Below, one piece after another: positions 58,413-64,000 of a stretch of DNA of 64,000 bases. A program made the translations under genes and the position numbers. This stretch comes from a virus, in the IMG/VR virus record IMGVR_UViG_3300007734_000758; one strand, given 5' to 3'. Every line of letters starts with the position of its first letter. The stretch's first letter is position 1. The notes beneath the pieces are model-generated. The model had not been told where the DNA came from and did not search any database. It was given only the letters and a program-made list of their open reading frames with translations.

Positions 58413-58573
58413 ATATATTTTTTATTGTTAAAGTATTGGCTATTCACATACTCCATATACCTACGCCATTTATCCTGTTCAATAGCATATAATCGTTTCT
58501 GCTCGTTAATAGGCAGTTTACTATTCTTCGGATCTTTACTAAATTCTTGCCAGGTACGTGAACGTGGTATCAT
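58409..58573 (-). CDS. 54-aa hypothetical protein (not in ORF track)
   Basis: MIPRSRTWQEF...NNKKYI; ATGA overlaps at both ends. Confidence 0.65.
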   Translation of the reverse strand: MIPRSRTWQEFSKDPKNSKLPINEQKRLYAIEQDKWRRYMEYVNSQYFNNKKYI

Positions 58574-59205
58574 TGTCCCAACTCCTTCATCTTGTTTGAA
58601 ATACGGATTAACCTTTCAGATATTTTAGAAAAGTTTTTCTTTGAACGTTTCCAATAAGAGTTAGATTTAAAACCGGTTTCATTCTTTAATTTGTAATTAC
58701 GATCTAATATCGTTTCAACCTCACCCAATAATTTATTTATTTGGTTGATTGATTTATTTATTTTCTGTTCGTTGGTAGCAGTGTCGTCTTTTTTATAATC
58801 ACGATAACTAATCTCGTTTAATTGACGCATCATCTTCTTATATGTGCTTTCCATCGGTTTGAAGTATTTTTTTGTTTTCGGTACTTTCTTAAATCCCATC
58901 ATTTCAATACGGTCATCAGGAATTTTACCAAAAGCATACGGAGTCAAATAACCTTCAACTCCACCAGTAGTACTCGCTTCATCCATTAATGGCTCATAAC
59001 CCTGGCCCTTCATGATATCTACGAGATATTCCCAATAGGCTTCAGGTACGATATAGTACCCATCCTCATCCATATCAATATATGCTTGAGCATCAGAACG
59101 CATTAAAAATAATTCACCTTCCGGATCGTTAACGATGAAAGGTATCATATTTTCATTGGTTTGCTTCTTAGGAAAATCACGTTTCATAATCAATGATATA
59201 CTCAT
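58570..59205 (-). CDS. hypothetical head-cluster protein
   Basis: EASTTGGVEGYLTPYAF, basic coiled-coil C-terminus. Confidence 0.65.
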   Translation of the reverse strand: MSISLIMKRDFPKKQTNENMIPFIVNDPEGELFLMRSDAQAYIDMDEDGYYIVPEAYWEYLVDIMKGQGYEPLMDEASTTGGVEGYLTPYAFGKIPDDRIEMMGFKKVPKTKKYFKPMESTYKKMMRQLNEISYRDYKKDDTATNEQKINKSINQINKLLGEVETILDRNYKLKNETGFKSNSYWKRSKKNFSKISERLIRISNKMKELGQ

Positions 59206-60038
59206 AGTCTACTTAATTCATTAGCCAATTCATAAAATTTCAACATCGTAAATACATGCTTCTCTTGAACCTTTTTACTGTGTTCAATGTTTTCTAACAA
59301 ATCTAAAATTCCTTGTACTTTAATTTTAGTGGCTTTGTCTGAAAGCTTTTTAGAATTGGTTTCTATAGATTTGCGCAATGAAGCAGCATTCTTTCCTACA
59401 AATTCTTTTAATTGAACTGTATCTTCGACACCATTTACATATATACGAAGTAATTCTTTCTGTTCAGGTAATAGGTTATTGTATTTTTCGTTGAATTTGT
59501 CTACTAACAATTTATAAGATAATAGACGAACATCACGGTCTAATTTGCTAAAGTCATCCTTTACTTCAACAAGTTCCTGTTTCGGTGTACAAATGAATTC
59601 AACTAATTTAGATTTAGACCTAACCATATCAGCAGGATTATCTAAATCCGTATATTCGAAAAGTTTGTAAATAGCAGCTAACACTGCGTAATTTTGAATC
59701 TTCGCATTGAAGAAAGATTCCATCACATACTTAGCATTGATATCACGAATGAGTTTAAACTTCTCCTTACGTAAGTTAGTTTCATTTAACGTTTTACGTG
59801 ATGCAATGATTGTTTGAATATAATCTTTTGCTGTGGATTCAGTCTTAAACTTCTCTTCAAGTATTCCTTTATACAGTACCAATTCCTTATTCAATTCAGT
59901 ACCTTCCCTAAAGTACTTCTTAATTAATCCAACGGAAGGACTAGTCTTGGAATTCATAATATCCGAAGCTACCTGTCTAACAAGTAATTCGAATAGAATA
60001 CCTGTGTTTTTGAATTTAGAATGCTTTAATGGTTTCAT
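59202..60038 (-). CDS. hypothetical head-cluster protein
   Basis: KHSKFKNTGILFELLVRQ; follows portal. Confidence 0.65.
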   Translation of the reverse strand: MKPLKHSKFKNTGILFELLVRQVASDIMNSKTSPSVGLIKKYFREGTELNKELVLYKGILEEKFKTESTAKDYIQTIIASRKTLNETNLRKEKFKLIRDINAKYVMESFFNAKIQNYAVLAAIYKLFEYTDLDNPADMVRSKSKLVEFICTPKQELVEVKDDFSKLDRDVRLLSYKLLVDKFNEKYNNLLPEQKELLRIYVNGVEDTVQLKEFVGKNAASLRKSIETNSKKLSDKATKIKVQGILDLLENIEHSKKVQEKHVFTMLKFYELANELSRL

Positions 60039-60074
60039 ATAGTTTCTTTCATATATAAATATGTAGATATTAAA

Positions 60075-63000
60075 TTAAACATTAAAAGAATCCAATCTAC
60101 TTTCATCTAAAAGTGTCCCCGTATCACTAGGTTCGACATGTTCGTTTAATGTTTGAGCAACGCTCGTTGATTTTGCTAATTTATTTTGTTTCATTGAATG
60201 TAATATAGAACCGATATATTTCGTATTTTCACCGAATGCACTGCTAGTTTTAGGAGTTTTAGACATACCAGTATCAACTTTAAATGTATCTGATACATCT
60301 TTCATTCCGAGCGGATCCGGCCCATCTACATCGCGATCACTCTCAAAATTCGTTTTAGCTTTAGGGCGTCCGGGCCCGGGAACATATTCACGTAATCTAG
60401 GATCTTCATACTTACTTGATACGTGCATTGATGCAATATCATGAGGAGTACCATAGCTCTGTTTAGTCAATTTCGGATCATTTCCTTCACTCTTTATCTG
60501 CTCTAAACGGAATTCTTGCTTGGTATCTTCTACCACTAATTCCTGTTCATTTTGCCAACCGTTTTGATCCATATCAAAAATGTTTTCATAGATAAATTTA
60601 CGGCTGAATAACTTACTTTCAATTAACGTATTTGCCAAATCAATCTTTTCCTTCATTAATTCGACCTTCTGACGCTCATATATGATTGAGGGAGAGGTTA
60701 AATTCAATTCGAAGTTAACTAAATCGGCATCTTCAAATCCCTGTGTATATAAGTGAACAACGGCAATCTTATATAACTCACTAATTACTATTCGTTGGAT
60801 ACGTTCAATGGTCCTAGCAAAACGAACATCTTCAGCGGCCAGAGTACTATTATGTATAATCACGCCAGCATCCGTACCAAAATTATGATATCTATTAATC
60901 GTTAAATCGCAGGTATCTATATTCTCAGACAACCATTCAACATTCAGCACCGTATGATTGGCATAGTGTGACTCGTATTGCCTATAATTTTGCATAAATC
61001 CTTTATTGGATAACGCTAGAGGCATGTGTGCAAAAACAAAATCTTCTTTGTTGATATCATATAATTCGAATACACGATTTAACGTAGCTCTAGTAATTCC
61101 TAATTTAGATTCTAAGTCTTTAAACGAATTCGATACTTTAGCAGTCTCCAATAAAATATCATACGGGACTTTGTTAAATTTGCAGTTATATGTATTTCCT
61201 ATCTTTCTATTTCTTGCTATAGCAGAAATACATCCTCCAGCCGCGCATGTTTTATTGTTAGGTACACCTAACCTACCAACAAGTTTACATCCACATATCT
61301 CACAAGTATAATCATACCTAGGCAACTTATTTACAGGTGCGTGGGTTCTAGCATATTCACCTAACTGCTTGGCAGATTTAGCACCACCCTTCTTACCCCC
61401 GTTACTAGAATTAATTAAAAACTGCGGTGAATTTCTATATTGGACCATAGCAGGTGATTTGTTCCACTCATGTGCATTTTTCTGATGAAATTCTCTATGT
61501 TCGAAAAATGTCATTGATCCATCTAAATTATCTGGATTGTTATTCCTAGAATTATAATCTTTATGGTGTATAACTTTACCGTCTTCTTTAATATTATAGT
61601 GATCAGCAACCAATCTATGTACTAAAGTATACTTCTCGGTGCTTGGATTATATACTGTAGTATAGTGTTTTTTGTATCCACCATTTCCTAAATACAACGG
61701 CATTAGAGCTTGACCAGTATTCAAATCTTGAGCCTCTATCCATTCACCGTTTCTAGTTAAAAACTTATGGTCTGGCGTACATTCGATATATTTCCCGTTA
61801 TCCAAATTAACGCGTACTATCTGAGTATTTAACCTAGTATAACCTGCCCACTCAATTTCGCCGGGCACGATACTATTTGTATCTGTATCTAATGAATATA
61901 CATAATTTTGTTTACCCGCATTAAATTCATCAATTAAATCCGAAACGGTTAATACTCTCCCGTCAATCAACGGAATCATAGTTAGCGGACTGATACATTT
62001 ACCTTGGATGCCCTCATCATACCCTAAGAATGCTTTGGGTATCTTCAGCGCAGCCATCATCTTGTTCCTTAAATATTCTATATCCTCTATCTGACCGTCG
62101 CTTGATAATCCAGGCAACGTTTCAATTGAAGTACCACTTTCCGATCCTCGTACAGGTAAATAGAAATCCTCTAACATGTTTTGCATGTTGAATTTCAAAT
62201 TATACTCCCCGGTTTGCGGATCCATATATGGAACTTTCTTTACCTTAGTAATAATATTCTGGATATGAGAATCTACCTCAATCGGTGGGATATTACCTAC
62301 ATCTATCTTAAATATACGACGTTCCGGCGCACGCATAATACGTTGCAGTAACATCGCATCTTCCATCAGTACTAACTGCTTAAATAATTTACGAGCACCT
62401 TCGATCATTGATTTTCCGTACGGTAAGAAATTCGTATCGGATAGCATTCTAAAGTGTGCTATTTCATAATATTCAAAATGTGTATTCTTTTCATTGGAAC
62501 TATACACAGAGTTTTTACCGATAAATGTGAAACGTACACTGTACGGATTTTCAGGATCGTATCCCTCTTGTCTTTCTAATTCATAGGCTGATATGGGCAT
62601 TACGTTAACAACACCCAATTCTTCATTAATATCTAAATACAGATAAAAATCTCCGTATTTACACATATTACGAACCCACGGCCATAAATTATACTCGACA
62701 TTCAATACATCATAAAATAAGTTATGAAGTATCTTTTGAATACGTGCATCCTCAGTCTTAATCTCTAATACAATATTGTTTTCTGAATATGTAGTAGATT
62801 CATCTGCATAAATATCAAGCGCAGATGAAATGATCGGATCTAAGTCCATTGCTTCATAATCAGTATACAATTGAGTCTTTACCGCATGGAAACTGTAAGC
62901 GTTACCAATACCAGTAACTCCCATAGTACGATTTGTATGCAGACCAGCAAAACGATCTACGTATGTACTTCCATATGGGTTACCTCCCGCTTGGAGTTTA

Positions 63001-63101
63001 CTCGTATCAGTTACTTTAATCTTATTGGCGCCTACCTTCCGTACTATAACTTGAGTACTGAATAAACGCCTTAACCTAGCACGTATTGATGTATCTATCA
63101 T
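60075..63101 (-). CDS. portal protein (T4 gp20-like) with intein
   Basis: EDA...RI.RAPERRIFKIDVGN, EDFYLP.R, IETLPG, AL.IP, EDVRFAR.I.R.Q. Confidence 0.95.
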   Translation of the reverse strand: MIDTSIRARLRRLFSTQVIVRKVGANKIKVTDTSKLQAGGNPYGSTYVDRFAGLHTNRTMGVTGIGNAYSFHAVKTQLYTDYEAMDLDPIISSALDIYADESTTYSENNIVLEIKTEDARIQKILHNLFYDVLNVEYNLWPWVRNMCKYGDFYLYLDINEELGVVNVMPISAYELERQEGYDPENPYSVRFTFIGKNSVYSSNEKNTHFEYYEIAHFRMLSDTNFLPYGKSMIEGARKLFKQLVLMEDAMLLQRIMRAPERRIFKIDVGNIPPIEVDSHIQNIITKVKKVPYMDPQTGEYNLKFNMQNMLEDFYLPVRGSESGTSIETLPGLSSDGQIEDIEYLRNKMMAALKIPKAFLGYDEGIQGKCISPLTMIPLIDGRVLTVSDLIDEFNAGKQNYVYSLDTDTNSIVPGEIEWAGYTRLNTQIVRVNLDNGKYIECTPDHKFLTRNGEWIEAQDLNTGQALMPLYLGNGGYKKHYTTVYNPSTEKYTLVHRLVADHYNIKEDGKVIHHKDYNSRNNNPDNLDGSMTFFEHREFHQKNAHEWNKSPAMVQYRNSPQFLINSSNGGKKGGAKSAKQLGEYARTHAPVNKLPRYDYTCEICGCKLVGRLGVPNNKTCAAGGCISAIARNRKIGNTYNCKFNKVPYDILLETAKVSNSFKDLESKLGITRATLNRVFELYDINKEDFVFAHMPLALSNKGFMQNYRQYESHYANHTVLNVEWLSENIDTCDLTINRYHNFGTDAGVIIHNSTLAAEDVRFARTIERIQRIVISELYKIAVVHLYTQGFEDADLVNFELNLTSPSIIYERQKVELMKEKIDLANTLIESKLFSRKFIYENIFDMDQNGWQNEQELVVEDTKQEFRLEQIKSEGNDPKLTKQSYGTPHDIASMHVSSKYEDPRLREYVPGPGRPKAKTNFESDRDVDGPDPLGMKDVSDTFKVDTGMSKTPKTSSAFGENTKYIGSILHSMKQNKLAKSTSVAQTLNEHVEPSDTGTLLDESRLDSFNV
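60849..61997 (-). mobile_element. 383-aa intein with HNH endonuclease in portal
   Basis: Starts CISPLT, CTPDH (block B), HRLVA..HHKD.N..NN, ends IIHN followed by Ser. Confidence 0.93.
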
Positions 63102-63121
63102 ACCTTATTTATTAATAAATA

Positions 63122-64000
63122 TTACAATAACCATTTTAATGATTCAGAAGAACCATCTGGTAGTTTACTTGTCCAGGGAGAATTACTTGGATCATTGACT
63201 GTATATATACCGGAATGCTTTCCTATATGTGTTACAGCCTTTAATGTTAGATCTAAACCCTGTTGTTTCAATTTTAATGCAGTATCACGTATCCACAATG
63301 CAATACATAATGACATAATTAAGTCATCATTATAGCCATGCTGCGCTTCTGCTCGGTTACCAATCCAAATAAATACTAGCAATTCATCAATTAACCGTTT
63401 ACTATGTATGATTGGTGCCTTTTCACGGAAATAGGTTTCTAATTTCGCAATCATTAGTGGTCTGGTCTTGGATGAGGTAGTGAAGCCAGGAACCATTGCA
63501 CTCTTATCTTTAAGATCATATCCTTTAGACAAATGAATATTCTCATCCAAATAACCATCCTGTCGGTAGCTGTAATAAAGATTTGGGTATCCTTTATCTA
63601 TTGCTACCTGTATAACTGCCCAACCAATATTAGCATTTTCAATCGCCAATATTGCATTGTTATATTCCGTAGCCATTGATACTAACATGTGACCGTATTC
63701 AGTCGTTCCTATCTTTCCTCTAAATTCAGCTACCTGTCGTAAACTCTTTAATTCAATAATATGGAATGCTGAATAGTCCCCGCCATCACCGCGGGCAACG
63801 TCGGCCGCTACTATATAATCTTTTGTATAATCCGGGTACTCCCATAGCCACAATTCACCACCCATTCCACGTTTTTCTATAGGTTCCTGTGTATAGGTTT
63901 CTCGATACCATTCTATCAATTCACCTGCAACTACGGTGTGTCCGGATGAAATGAAGTCGGTGTCGCAGTTGTGACTTAATAACCCGTTAGTAAAATATAC
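63122..64000 (-). CDS. terminase large subunit, C-terminal nuclease domain (partial)
   Basis: ADVARG.G.DYS, IEN.N.G, GF.T, NDDL.M; frame open to window end. Confidence 0.92.
   Translation of the reverse strand, partial: VYFTNGLLSHNCDTDFISSGHTVVAGELIEWYRETYTQEPIEKRGMGGELWLWEYPDYTKDYIVAADVARGDGGDYSAFHIIELKSLRQVAEFRGKIGTTEYGHMLVSMATEYNNAILAIENANIGWAVIQVAIDKGYPNLYYSYRQDGYLDENIHLSKGYDLKDKSAMVPGFTTSSKTRPLMIAKLETYFREKAPIIHSKRLIDELLVFIWIGNRAEAQHGYNDDLIMSLCIALWIRDTALKLKQQGLDLTLKAVTHIGKHSGIYTVNDPSNSPWTSKLPDGSSESLKWLL
63968..64000 (-). mobile_element. intein C-terminus in terminase (partial)
   Basis: VYFTNGLLSHN followed by CDTDFISSG. Confidence 0.85.

Noticed and set aside
2063-63065. All plus-strand ORFs in the track, including the Ser-rich 54959-55399
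   Set aside because: They lie antisense to well-supported minus-strand genes, show no motifs, and their low complexity mirrors the sense codons
1-64000. tRNA or rRNA genes
   Set aside because: No cloverleaf or T-loop signature seen in the short intergenic gaps by eye; tRNAscan not run

Overview
This 64 kb window comes from a large T4-like (myovirus-type) dsDNA phage. All credible genes lie on the minus strand. A Bacteroidota host is inferred from ten TTG-N20-TAnnTT promoters and a phage bS21 gene among the head genes. In transcription order (high to low coordinates) it holds: terminase (intein), portal (intein with HNH), prohead protease, bS21, scaffold, major capsid, Hef-like endonuclease, tail tube, tail chaperone with probable frameshift, tape measure, baseplate genes, a PolA-like protein, SSB, a RecA fractured by an atypically split intein around a Vsr-like endonuclease, a 5'-3' exonuclease interrupted by CTC-TAG-CTC, DnaB helicase, class II RNR, a putative lysin, putative head-packaged proteins sharing an N-terminal leader (including an ADP-ribosyltransferase), dUTPase, Hsp20, QueE, ThyA, GroES, ClpP, HPRT, FolE, PolB, an oxidoreductase-dehydrogenase-glycosyltransferase-DpdA/TGT operon, clamp and clamp loader, a Cas4-like nuclease, Imm, and a glycosylation cluster. 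The best candidates for new biology are: (1) a possible glycosylated 7-deazaguanine DNA modification pathway; (2) a natural matched-codon stop-hop; (3) the split-intein RecA with a hairpin/late-promoter switch on its endonuclease; (4) a bS21/Shine-Dalgarno/leaderless translation scheme; (5) a capsid-targeting leader family. All family calls come from motif recognition by eye; no searches were run.
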